A stretch of DNA of 64,000 nucleotides from Phyllobates terribilis (lineage: Eukaryota), in the NCBI RefSeq assembly GCF_046119375.1, contig NW_027362765.1, forward strand, positions 223,510,001 through 223,574,000, read 5' to 3'. Of this stretch, positions 47,101 through 60,839 are shown piece by piece (the first letter of the stretch is position 1; each line of letters starts with the position of its first letter). A program made the translations under genes and the position numbers. The notes under the pieces were generated by a model. The model was given only the letters and a program-made list of their open reading frames with translations, did no database searches and was not told the DNA's origin.

Positions 47101-50100
47101 CTTGTTCTATTAGTCCATCTATACTGACCTCCATCAGGTTGCAAACTGAATACAATTTTTTTCTGCATCTACCTCTGAAAAAATATTTGGGTTTCTAGCT
47201 GTGTGTGGGACTTGTTCTATTAGTCCATCTATACTGACCTCCATCAGGTTGCAAACTGAATATAATTTTTTTCTGCATCTAGCTCTGAAAAAATATTTGG
47301 CCTTCTAGCAGTGTGTGGGACTTTCTCTATTAGTCCATCTATACTGACCTCCATCAGGTTGCAAATTAAAAATAATTTTTTGTCTGCATGTAGCTCTGAA
47401 AAAATATTTGGCCTTATAGCAGTGTGTGGGACTTTCTCTATTAGTCCATCTATACTGACCTACATCAGGTTGCAAACTGAATATATTTTTTTTCTGCATC
47501 TACCTCTGAAAAAATATTGGGCTTCTAGCTGTGTGTGGGACTTGTTCTATTAATCCATCTATACAGACCTCCATCAGGTTGCAAACTGAATACAATTTTT
47601 TTCTGCATCTACCTCTGAAAAAATATTTGGGCTTCTAGCTGTGTGTGGTACTTGTTCTATTAATCCATCTATACAGACCTCCATCAGGTTGCAAACTGAA
47701 TATAATTTTTTTCTGCATCTACCTCTGAAAAAATATTTGGGCTTCTAGCTGTGTGTGGGACTTGTTCTATTAGTCCATCTATACTGACCTCCATCAGGTT
47801 GCAAACTGAATATAATTTTTTTCTGCATCTAGCTCTGAAAAAATATTTGGCCTTCTAGCAGTGTGTGGGACTTTCTCTATTAGTCCATCTATACTGACCT
47901 CCATCAGGCTGCAAATTAAAAATAATTTTTATCTGCATCTAGCTCTGAAAAAATATTTGGCCTTCTAGCAGTGTGTGGGACTTTCTCTATTAGTCCATCT
48001 ATACTGACCTCGATCAGGTTGCAAATTAAAAATAATTTTTTGTCTGCATCTAGCTCTGAAAAAATATTTGGCCTTCTAGCAGTGTGTGGGACTTTCTCTA
48101 TTAGTCCATCTATACTGACCTCCATCAGGTTGCAAATTCAAAATAATTTTTTGTCTGCATCTAGCTCTGAAAAAATATTTGGCCTTCTAGCAGTGTGTGG
48201 GACTTTCTCTATTAGTCCATCTATACTGACCTCCATCAGGCTGCAAATTAAAAATAATTTTTATCTGCATCTACCTCTGAAAAAATATTTGGCCTTCTAG
48301 CTGTGTGTGGGACTTGTTCTATTAGTCCATCTATACTGACCTCCATCAGGTTGCAAACTGAATATAATTTTTTTCTGCATCTAGCTGTGAAAAAATATTT
48401 GGCCTTCTAGCAGTGTGTGGGACTTTCTCTATTAGTCCATGTATACTGACCTCCATCAGGTTGCAAATTAAAAATAATTTATATCTGCATCTAGCTCTGA
48501 AAAAATATTTGGCCTTCTAGCAGTGTGTGGGACTTTCTCTATTAGTCCATCTATACTGACCTCCATCAGGTTGCAAATGAAAAATAATTTTTTGTCTGCA
48601 TCTAGCTCTGAAAACATATTTGGCCTTCTAGCAGTGTGTGGGACTTTCTCTATTAGTCCATCTATACTGACCTCCATCAGGTTGCAAACTGAATATATTT
48701 TTTTCTGCATCTACATCTGAAAAAATATTTGGGCTTCTAGCTGTTTGTAGGACTTGTTCTATTAGTCCATCTATACTGACCTCCATCAGGTTGCAAACTG
48801 AATATAATTTTTTTCTGCATCTAGCTCTGAAAAAATATTTGACCTTCTAGCAGTGTGTGGGACTTTCTCTATTAGTCCATCTATACTGACCTCCATCAGG
48901 CTGCAAATTAAAAATAATTTTTATCTGCATCTAGCTCTGAAAAAATATTTGGCCTTCTAGCAGTGTGTGGGACTTTCTCTATTAGTCCATCTATACTGAC
49001 CTCCATCAGGTTGCAAATTAAAAATAATTTTTTGTCTGCATCTAGCTCTGAAAAAATATTTGGCCTTCTAGCAATGTGTGGGACTTTCTCTATTAGTCCA
49101 TCTATACTGACCTCCATCAGGTTGCAAATTCAAAATAATTTTTTGTCTGCATCTAGCTCTGAAAAAATATTTGGCCTTCTAGCAGTGTGTGGGACTTTCT
49201 CTATTAGTCCATCTATACTGACCTCCATCAGGCTACAAATTAAAAATAATTTTTATCTGCATCTACCTCTGAAAAAATATTTGGCCTTCTAGCTGTGTGT
49301 GGGACTTGTTGTATTAGTCCATCTATACTGACCTCCATCAGGTTGCAAACTGAATATAATTTTTTTCTGCATCTAGCTCTGAAAAAATATTTGGCCTTCT
49401 AGCAGTGTGTGGGACTTTCTCTATTAGTCCATCTATACTGACCTCCATCAGGTTGCAAATTAAAAATAATTTATATCTGCATCTAGCTCTGAAAAAATAT
49501 TTGGCCTTCTAGCAGTGTGTGGGACTTTCTCTATTAGTCCATCTATACTGACCTCCATCAGGTTGCAAATGAAAAATAATTTTTTGTCTGCATCTAGCTC
49601 TGAAAAAATATTTGGCCTTCTAGCAGTGTGTGGGACTTTCTCTATTAGTCCATCTATACTGACCTCCATCAGGTTGCAAACTGAATATATTTTTTTTCTG
49701 CATCTACCTCTGAAAAAATATTTGGGCTTCTAGCTGTTTGTAGGACTTGTTCTATTAGTCCATCTATACTGACCTCCATCAGGTTGCAAACTGAATACAA
49801 TTTTTTTCTGCATCTACCTCTGAAAAAATATTTGGGTTTCTAGCTGTGTGTGGGACTTGTTCTATTAGTCCATCTATACTGACCTCCATCAGGTTGCAAA
49901 CTGAATATAATTTTTTTCTGCATCTAGCTCTGAAAAAATATTTGGCCTTCTAGCAGTGTGTGGGACTTTCTCTATTAGTCCATCTATACTGACCTCCATC
50001 AGGTTGCAAATTAAAAATAATTTTTTGTCTGCATGTAGCTCTGAAAAAATATTTGGCCTTATAGCAGTGTGTGGGACTTTCTCTATTAGTCCATCTATAC

Positions 50101-53100
50101 TGACCTACATCAGGTTGCAAACTGAATATATTTTTTTTCTGCATCTACCTCTGAAAAAATATTGGGCTTCTAGCTGTGTGTGGGACTTGTTCTATTAATC
50201 CATCTATACAGACCTCCATCAGGTTGCAAACTGAATACAATTTTTTTCTGCATCTACCTCTGAAAAAATATTTGGGCTTCTAGCTGTGTGTGGTACTTGT
50301 TCTATTAATCCATCTATACAGACCTCCATCAGGTTGCAAACTGAATATAATTTTTTTCTGCATCTACCTCTGAAAAAATATTTGGGCTTCTAGCTGTGTG
50401 TGGGACTTGTTCTATTAGTCCATCTATACTGACCTCCATCAGGTTGCAAACTGAATATAATTTTTTTCTGCATCTAGCTCTGAAAAAATATTTGGCCTTC
50501 TAGCAGTGTGTGGGACTTTCTCTATTAGTCCATCTATACTGACCTCCATCAGGTTGCAAATTAAAAATAATTTATATCTGCATCTAGCTCTGAAAAAATA
50601 TTTGGCCTTCTAGCAGTGTGTGGGACTTTCTCTATTAGTCCATCTATACTGACCTCCATCAGGTTGCAAATGAAAAATAATTTTTTGTCTGCATCTAGCT
50701 CTGAAAACATATTTGGCCTTCTAGCAGTGTGTGGGACTTTCTCTATTAGTCCATCTATACTGACCTCCATCAGGTTGCAAACTGAATATATTTTTTTCTG
50801 CATCTACATCTGAAAAAATATTTGGGCTTCTAGCTGTTTGTAGGACTTGTTCTATTAGTCCATCTATACTGACCTCCATCAGGTTGCAAACTGAATATAA
50901 TTTTTTTCTGCATCTAGCTCTGAAAAAATATTTGACCTTCTAGCAGTGTGTGGGACTTTCTCTATTAGTCCATCTATACTGACCTCCATCAGGCTGCAAA
51001 TTAAAAATAATTTTTATCTGCATCTAGCTCTGAAAAAATATTTGGCCTTCTAGCAGTGTGTGGGACTTTCTCTATTAGTCCATCTATACTGACCTCCATC
51101 AGGTTGCAAATTAAAAATAATTTTTTGTCTGCATCTAGCTCTGAAAAAATATTTGGCCTTCTAGCAATGTGTGGGACTTTCTCTATTAGTCCATCTATAC
51201 TGACCTCCATCAGGTTGCAAATTCAAAATAATTTTTTGTCTGCATCTAGCTCTGAAAAAATATTTGGCCTTCTAGCAGTGTGTGGGACTTTCTCTATTAG
51301 TCCATCTATACTGACCTCCATCAGGCTACAAATTAAAAATAATTTTTATCTGCATCTACCTCTGAAAAAATATTTGGCCTTCTAGCTGTGTGTGGGACTT
51401 GTTGTATTAGTCCATCTATACTGACCTCCATCAGGTTGCAAACTGAATATAATTTTTTTCTGCATCTAGCTCTGAAAAAATATTTGGCCTTCTAGCAGTG
51501 TGTGGGACTTTCTCTATTAGTCCATCTATACTGACCTTCATCAGGTTGCAAATTAAAAATAATTTATATCTGCATCTAGCTCTGAAAAAATATTTGGCCT
51601 TCTAGCAGTGTGTGGGACTTTCTCTATTAGTCCATCTATACTGACCTCCATCAGGTTGCAAATGAAAAATAATTTATTGTCTGCATCTAGCTCTGAAAAA
51701 ATATTTGGCCTTCTAGCAGTGTGTGGGACTTTCTCTATTAGTCCATCTATACTGACCTCCATCAGGTTGCAAACTGAATATATTTTTTTTCTGCATCTAC
51801 CTCTGAAAAAATATTTGGGCTTCTAGCTGTTTGTAGGACTTGTTCTATTAGTCCATCTATACTGACCTCCATCAGGTTGCAAACTGAATACAATTTTTTT
51901 CTGCATCTACCTCTGAAAAAATATTTGGGTTTCTAGCTGTGTGTGGGACTTGTTCTATTAGTCCATCTATACTGACCTCCATCAGGTTGCAAACTGAATA
52001 TAATTTTTTTCTGCATCTAGCTCTGAAAAAATATTTGGCCTTCTAGCAGTGTGTGGGACTTTCTCTATTAGTCCATCTATACTGACCTCCATCAGGTTGC
52101 AAATTAAAAATAATTTTTTGTCTGCATGTAGCTCTGAAAAAATATTTGGCCTTATAGCAGTGTGTGGGACTTTCTCTATTAGTCCATCTATACTGACCTA
52201 CATCAGGTTGCAAACTAAATATATTTTTTTTCTGCATCTACCTCTGAAAAAATATTGGGCTTCTAGCTGTGTGTGGGACTTGTTCTATTAATCCATCTAT
52301 ACAGACCTCCATCAGGTTGCAAACTGAATACAATTTTTTTCTGCATCTACCTCTGAAAAAATATTTGGGCTTCTAGCTGTGTGTGGTACTTGTTCTATTA
52401 ATCCATCTATACAGACCTCCATCAGGTTGCAAACTGAATATAATTTTTTTCTGCATCTACCTCTGAAAAAATATTTGGGCTTCTAGCTGTGTGTGGGACT
52501 TGTTCTATTAGTCCATCTATACTGACCTCCATCAGGTTGCAAACTGAATATAATTTTTTTCTGCATCTAGCTCTGAAAAAATATTTGGCCTTCTAGCAGT
52601 GTGTGGGACTTTCTCTATTAGTCCATCTATACTGACCTCCATCAGGCTGCAAATTAAAAATAATTTTTATCTGCATCTAGCTCTGAAAAAATATTTGGCC
52701 TTCTAGCAGTGTGTGGGACTTTCTCTATTAGTCCATCTATACTGACCTCGATCAGGTTGCAAATTAAAAATAATTTTTTGTCTGCATCTAGCTCTGAAAA
52801 AATATTTGGCCTTCTAGCAGTGTGTGGGACTTTCTCTATTAGTCCATCTATACTGACCTCCATCAGGTTGCAAATTCAAAATAATTTTTTGTCTGCATCT
52901 AGCTCTGAAAAAATATTTGGCCTTCTAGCAGTGTGTGGGACTTTCTCTATTAGTCCATCTATACTGACCTCCATCAGGCTGCAAATTAAAAATAATTTTT
53001 ATCTGCATCTACCTCTGAAAAAATATTTGGCCTTCTAGCTGTGTGTGGGACTTGTTCTATTAGTCCATCTATACTGACCTCCATCAGGTTGCAAACTGAA

Positions 53101-56100
53101 TATAATTTTTTTCTGCATCTAGCTCTGAAAAAATATTTGGCCTTCTAGCAGTGTGTGGGACTTTCTCTATTAGTCCATCTATACTGACCTCCATCAGGTT
53201 GCAAATTAAAAATAATTTTTTGTCTGCATGTAGCTCTGAAAAAATATTTGGCCTTATAGCAGTGTGTGGGACTTTCTCTATTAGTCCATCTATACTGACC
53301 TACATCAGGTTGCAAACTGAATATATTTTTTTTCTGCATCTACCTCTGAAAAAATATTGGGCTTCTAGCTGTGTGTGGGACTTGTTCTATTAATCCATCT
53401 ATACAGACCTCCATCAGGTTGCAAACTGAATACAATTTTTTTCTGCATCTACCTCTGAAAAAATATTTGGGCTTCTAGCTGTGTGTGGTACTTGTTCTAT
53501 TAATCCATCTATACAGACCTCCATCAGGTTGCAAACTGAATATAATTTTTTTCTGCATCTACCTCTGAAAAAATATTTGGGCTTCTAGCTGTGTGTGGGA
53601 CTTGTTCTATTAGTCCATCTATACTGACCTCCATCAGGTTGCAAACTGAATATAATTTTTTTCTGCATCTAGCTCTGAAAAAATATTTGGCCTTCTAGCA
53701 GTGTGTGGGACTTTCTCTATTAGTCCATCTATACTGACCTCCATCAGGTTGCAAATTAAAAATAATTTATATCTGCATCTAGCTCTGAAAAAATATTTGG
53801 CCTTCTAGCAGTGTGTGGGACTTTCTCTATTAGTCCATCTATACTGACCTCCATCAGGTTGCAAATGAAAAATAATTTTTTGTCTGCATCTAGCTCTGAA
53901 AACATATTTGGCCTTCTAGCAGTGTGTGGGACTTTCTCTATTAGTCCATCTATACTGACCTCCATCAGGTTGCAAACTGAATATATTTTTTTCTGCATCT
54001 ACATCTGAAAAAATATTTGGGCTTCTAGCTGTTTGTAGGACTTGTTCTATTAGTCCATCTATACTGACCTCCATCAGGTTGCAAACTGAATATAATTTTT
54101 TTCTGCATCTAGCTCTGAAAAAATATTTGACCTTCTAGCAGTGTGTGGGACTTTCTCTATTAGTCCATCTATACTGACCTCCATCAGGCTGCAAATTAAA
54201 AATAATTTTTATCTGCATCTAGCTCTGAAAAAATATTTGGCCTTCTAGCAGTGTGTGGGACTTTCTCTATTAGTCCATCTATACTGACCTCCATCAGGTT
54301 GCAAATTAAAAATAATTTTTTGTCTGCATCTAGCTCTGAAAAAATATTTGGCCTTCTAGCAATGTGTGGGACTTTCTCTATTAGTCCATCTATACTGACC
54401 TCCATCAGGTTGCAAATTCAAAATAATTTTTTGTCTGCATCTAGCTCTGAAAAAATATTTGGCCTTCTAGCAGTGTGTGGGACTTTCTCTATTAGTCCAT
54501 CTATACTGACCTCCATCAGGCTACAAATTAAAAATAATTTTTATCTGCATCTACCTCTGAAAAAATATTTGGCCTTCTAGCTGTGTGTGGGACTTGTTGT
54601 ATTAGTCCATCTATACTGACCTCCATCAGGTTGCAAACTGAATATAATTTTTTTCTGCATCTAGCTCTGAAAAAATATTTGGCCTTCTAGCAGTGTGTGG
54701 GACTTTCTCTATTAGTCCATCTATACTGACCTTCATCAGGTTGCAAATTAAAAATAATTTATATCTGCATCTAGCTCTGAAAAAATATTTGGCCTTCTAG
54801 CAGTGTGTGGGACTTTCTCTATTAGTCCATCTATACTGACCTCCATCAGGTTGCAAATGAAAAATAATTTATTGTCTGCATCTAGCTCTGAAAAAATATT
54901 TGGCCTTCTAGCAGTGTGTGGGACTTTCTCTATTAGTCCATCTATACTGACCTCCATCAGGTTGCAAACTGAATATATTTTTTTTCTGCATCTACCTCTG
55001 AAAAAATATTTGGGCTTCTAGCTGTTTGTAGGACTTGTTCTATTAGTCCATCTATACTGACCTCCATCAGGTTGCAAACTGAATACAATTTTTTTCTGCA
55101 TCTACCTCTGAAAAAATATTTGGGTTTCTAGCTGTGTGTGGGACTTGTTCTATTAGTCCATCTATACTGACCTCCATCAGGTTGCAAACTGAATATAATT
55201 TTTTTCTGCATCTAGCTCTGAAAAAATATTTGGCCTTCTAGCAGTGTGTGGGACTTTCTCTATTAGTCCATCTATACTGACCTCCATCAGGTTGCAAATT
55301 AAAAATAATTTTTTGTCTGCATGTAGCTCTGAAAAAATATTTGGCCTTATAGCAGTGTGTGGGACTTTCTCTATTAGTCCATCTATACTGACCTACATCA
55401 GGTTGCAAACTAAATATATTTTTTTTCTGCATCTACCTCTGAAAAAATATTGGGCTTCTAGCTGTGTGTGGGACTTGTTCTATTAATCCATCTATACAGA
55501 CCTCCATCAGGTTGCAAACTGAATACAATTTTTTTCTGCATCTACCTCTGAAAAAATATTTGGGCTTCTAGCTGTGTGTGGTACTTGTTCTATTAATCCA
55601 TCTATACAGACCTCCATCAGGTTGCAAACTGAATATAATTTTTTTCTGCATCTACCTCTGAAAAAATATTTGGGCTTCTAGCTGTGTGTGGGACTTGTTC
55701 TATTAGTCCATCTATACTGACCTCCATCAGGTTGCAAACTGAATATAATTTTTTTCTGCATCTAGCTCTGAAAAAATATTTGGCCTTCTAGCAGTGTGTG
55801 GGACTTTCTCTATTAGTCCATCTATACTGACCTCCATCAGGCTGCAAATTAAAAATAATTTTTATCTGCATCTAGCTCTGAAAAAATATTTGGCCTTCTA
55901 GCAGTGTGTGGGACTTTCTCTATTAGTCCATCTATACTGACCTCGATCAGGTTGCAAATTAAAAATAATTTTTTGTCTGCATCTAGCTCTGAAAAAATAT
56001 TTGGCCTTCTAGCAGTGTGTGGGACTTTCTCTATTAGTCCATCTATACTGACCTCCATCAGGTTGCAAATTCAAAATAATTTTTTGTCTGCATCTAGCTC

Positions 56101-59100
56101 TGAAAAAATATTTGGCCTTCTAGCAGTGTGTGGGACTTTCTCTATTAGTCCATCTATACTGACCTCCATCAGGCTGCAAATTAAAAATAATTTTTATCTG
56201 CATCTACCTCTGAAAAAATATTTGGCCTTCTAGCTGTGTGTGGGACTTGTTCTATTAGTCCATCTATACTGACCTCCATCAGGTTGCAAACTGAATATAA
56301 TTTTTTTCTGCATCTAGCTCTGAAAAAATATTTGGCCTTCTAGCAGTGTGTGGGACTTTCTCTATTAGTCCATCTATACTGACCTCCATCAGGTTGCAAA
56401 TTAAAAATAATTTATATCTGCATCTAGCTCTGAAAAAATATTTGGCCTTCTAGCAGTGTGTGGGACTTTCTCTATTAGTCCATCTATACTGACCTCCATC
56501 AGGTTGCAAATGAAAAATAATTTTTTGTCTGCATCTAGCTCTGAAAACATATTTGGCCTTCTAGCAGTGTGTGGGACTTTCTCTATTAGTCCATCTATAC
56601 TGACCTCCATCAGGTTGCAAACTGAATATATTTTTTTCTGCATCTACCTCTGAAAAAATATTTGGGCTTCTAGCTGTTTGTAGGACTTGTTCTATTAGTC
56701 CATCTATACTGACCTCCATCAGGTTGCAAACTGAATAAATTTTTTTTCTGCATCTACCTCTGAAAAAATATTTGGGCTTCTAGCTGTGTGTGGGACTTGT
56801 TCTATTAGTCCATCTATACTGACCTCCATCAGGTTGCAAACTGAATATAATTTTTTTCTGCATCTAGCTCTGAAAAAATATTTGGCCTTCTAGCAGTGTG
56901 TGGGACTTTCTCTATTAGTCCATCTATACTGACCTCCATCAGGCTGCAAATTAAAAATAATTTTTATCTGCATCTAGCTCTGAAAAAATATTTGGCCTTC
57001 TAGCAGTGTGTGGGACTTTCTCTATTAGTCCATCTATACTGACCTCCATCAGGTTGCAAATTAAAAATAATTTTTTGTCTGCATCTAGCTCTGAAAAAAT
57101 ATTTGGCCTTCTAGCAATGTGTGGGACTTTCTCTATTAGTCCATCTATACTGACCTCCATCAGGTTGCAAATTCAAAATAATTTTTTGTCTGCATCTAGC
57201 TCTGAAAAAATATTTGGCCTTCTAGCAGTGTGTGGGACTTTCTCTATTAGTCCATCTATACTGACCTCCATCAGGCTGCAAATTAAAAATAATTTTTATC
57301 TGCATCTACCTCTGAAAAAATATTTGGCCTTCTAGCTGTGTGTGGGACTTGTTGTATTAGTCCATCTATACTGACCTCCATCAGGTTGCAAACTGAATAT
57401 AATTTTTTTCTGCATCTAGCTCTGAAAAAATATTTGGCCTTCTAGCAGTGTGTGGGACTTTCTCTATTAGTCCATCTATACTGACCTCCATCAGGTTGCA
57501 AATTAAAAATAATTTATATCTGCATCTAGCTCTGAAAAAATATTTGGCCTTCTAGCAGTGTGTGGGACTTTCTCTATTAGTCCATCTATACTGACCTCCA
57601 TCAGGTTGCAAATGAAAAATAATTTTTTGTCTGCATCTAGCTCTGAAAAAATATTTGGCCTTCTAGCAGTGTGTGGGACTTTCTCTATTAGTCCATCTAT
57701 ACTGACCTCCATCAGGTTGCAAACTGAATATATTTTTTTTCTGCATCTACCTCTGAAAAAATATTTGGGCTTCTAGCTGTTTGTAGGACTTGTTCTATTA
57801 GTCCATCTATACTGACCTCCATCAGGTTGCAAACTGAATACAATTTTTTTCTGCATCTACCTCTGAAAAAATATTTGGGTTTCTAGCTGTGTGTGGGACT
57901 TGTTCTATTAGTCCATCTATACTGACCTCCATCAGGTTGCAAACTGAATATAATTTTTTTCTGCATCTAGCTCTGAAAAAATATTTGGCCTTCTAGCAGT
58001 GTGTGGGACTTTCTCTATTAGTCCATCTATACTGACCTCCATCAGGTTGCAAATTAAAAATAATTTTTTGTCTGCATGTAGCTCTGAAAAAATATTTGGC
58101 CTTATAGCAGTGTGTGGGACTTTCTCTATTAGTCCATCTATACTGACCTACATCAGGTTGCAAACTGAATATATTTTTTTTCTGCATCTACCTCTGAAAA
58201 AATATTGGGCTTCTAGCTGTGTGTGGGACTTGTTCTATTAATCCATCTATACAGACCTCCATCAGGTTGCAAACTGAATACAATTTTTTTCTGCATCTAC
58301 CTCTGAAAAAATATTTGGGCTTCTAGCTGTGTGTGGTACTTGTTCTATTAATCCATCTATACAGACCTCCATCAGGTTGCAAACTGAATATAATTTTTTT
58401 CTGCATCTACCTCTGAAAAAATATTTGGGCTTCTAGCTGTGTGTGGGACTTGTTCTATTAGTCCATCTATACTGACCTCCATCAGGTTGCAAACTGAATA
58501 TAATTTTTTTCTGCATCTAGCTCTGAAAAAATATTTGGCCTTCTAGCAGTGTGTGGGACTTTCTCTATTAGTCCATCTATACTGACCTCCATCAGGCTGC
58601 AAATTAAAAATAATTTTTATCTGCATCTAGCTCTGAAAAAATATTTGGCCTTCTAGCAGTGTGTGGGACTTTCTCTATTAGTCCATCTATACTGACCTCG
58701 ATCAGGTTGCAAATTAAAAATAATTTTTTGTTTGCATCTAGCTCTGAAAAAATATTTGGCCTTCTAGCAGTGTGTGGGACTTTCTCTATTAGTCCATCTA
58801 TACTGACCTCCATCAGGTTGCAAATTCAAAATAATTTTTTGTCTGCATCTAGCTCTGAAAAAATATTTGTCCTTCTAGCAGTGTGTGGGACTTTCTCTAT
58901 TAGTCCATCTATACTGACCTCCATCAGGCTGCAAATTAAAAATAATTTTTATCTGCATCTACCTCTGAAAAAATATTTGGCCTTCTAGCTGTGTGTGGGA
59001 CTTGTTCTATTAGTCCATCTATACTGACCTCCATCAGGTTGCAAACTGAATATAATTTTTTTCTGCATCTAGCTCTGAAAAAATATTTGGCCTTCTAGCA

Positions 59101-60723
59101 GTGTGTGGGACTTTCTCTATTAGTCCATCTATACTGACCTCCATCAGGTTGCAAATTAAAAATAATTTATATCTGCATCTAGCTCTGAAAAAATATTTGG
59201 CCTTCTAGCAGTGTGTGGGACTTTCTCTATTAGTCCATCTATACTGACCTCCATCAGGTTGCAAATGAAAAATAATTTTTTGTCTGCATCTAGCTCTGAA
59301 AACATATTTGGCCTTCTAGCAGTGTGTGGGACTTTCTCTATTAGTCCATCTATACTGACCTCCATCAGGTTGCAAACTGAATATATTTTTTTCTGCATCT
59401 ACCTCTGAAAAAATATTTGGGCTTCTAGCTGTTTGTAGGACTTGTTCTATTAGTCCATCTATACTGACCTCCATCAGGTTGCAAACTGAATAAATTTTTT
59501 TTCTGCATCTACCTCTGAAAAAATATTTGGGCTTCTAGCTGTGTGTGGGACTTGTTCTATTAGTCCATCTATACTGACCTCCATCAGGTTGCAAACTGAA
59601 TATAATTTTTTTCTGCATCTAGCTCTGAAAAAATATTTGGCCTTCTAGCAGTGTGTGGGACTTTCTCTATTAGTCCATCTATACTGACCTCCATCAGGCT
59701 GCAAATTAAAAATAATTTTTATTTGCATCTAGCTCTGAAAAAATATTTGGCCTTCTAGCAGTGTGTGGGACTTTCTCTATTAGTCCATCTATACTGACCT
59801 CCATCAGGTTGCAAATTAAAAATAATTTTTTGTCTGCATCTAGCTCTGAAAAAATATTTGGCCTTCTAGCAGTGTGTTGGACTTTCTCTATTAGTCCATC
59901 TATACTGACCTCCATCAGGTTGCAAATTCAAAATAATTTTTTGTCTGCATCTAGCTCTGAAAAAATATTTGGCCTTCTAGCAGTGTGTGGGACTTTCTCT
60001 ATTAGTCCATCTATACTGACCTCCATCAGGCTGCAAATTAAAAATAATTTTTATCTGCATCTACCTCTGAAAAAATATTTGGCCTTCTAGCTGTGTGTGG
60101 GACTTGTTCTATTAGTCCATCTATACTGACCTCCATCAGGTTGCAAACTGAATATAATTTTTTTCTGCATCTAGCTCTGAAAAAATATTTGGCCTTCTAG
60201 CAGTGTGTGGGACTTTCTCTATTAGTCCATCTATACTGACCTCCATCAGGTTGCAAATGAAAAATAATTTATATCTGCATCTAGCTCTGAAAAAATATTT
60301 GGCCTTCTAGCAGTGTGTGGGACTTTCTCTATTAGTCCATCTATACTGACCTCCATCAGGTTGCAAATGAAAAATAATTTTTTGTCTGCATCTACCTCTG
60401 AAAACATATTTGGCCTTCTAGCAGTGTGTGGGACTTTCTCTATTAGTCCATCTATACTGACCTCCATCAGGTTGCAAACTGAATATATTTTTTTCTGCAT
60501 CTACCTCTGAAAAAATATTTGGGCTTCTAGCTGTTTGTAGGACTTGTTCTATTAGTCCATCTATACTGACCTCCATCAGGTTGCAAACTGAATAAATTTT
60601 TTTTCTGCATCTACCTCTGAAAAAATATTTGGGCTTCTAGCTGTGTGGGGGACTTGTTCTATTAGTCCATCTATACTGACCTCCATCAGGTTGCAAATTG
60701 AATATAATTTTTTTCTGCATCTA
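44131..60723. repeat. 110-bp satellite array, ~150 units, with higher-order repeats
   Basis: Period 110 (44161/44271); diagnostic variants recur at 1101-1102, 2093, 2645, 2755 and 3195 bp. Confidence 0.98.
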
Positions 60724-60839
60724 ACCCAGCCAATAGTTTTGGCCTAATACCACAGTTTGGCCACTCAGCTCTGCTCGGTTCCCATCCATTGTTTTTTTGT
60801 GCAAACAACTCCAGAGTTGTGAATTAGTTAACCACCAAA

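Noticed and set aside
44131-60723. CRISPR-like array, or the dozens of 64-109 aa ORFs in the ORF track
   Set aside because: Contiguous near-identical monomers with no unique spacers, in eukaryotic context; the ORFs are recurrent translations of the satellite
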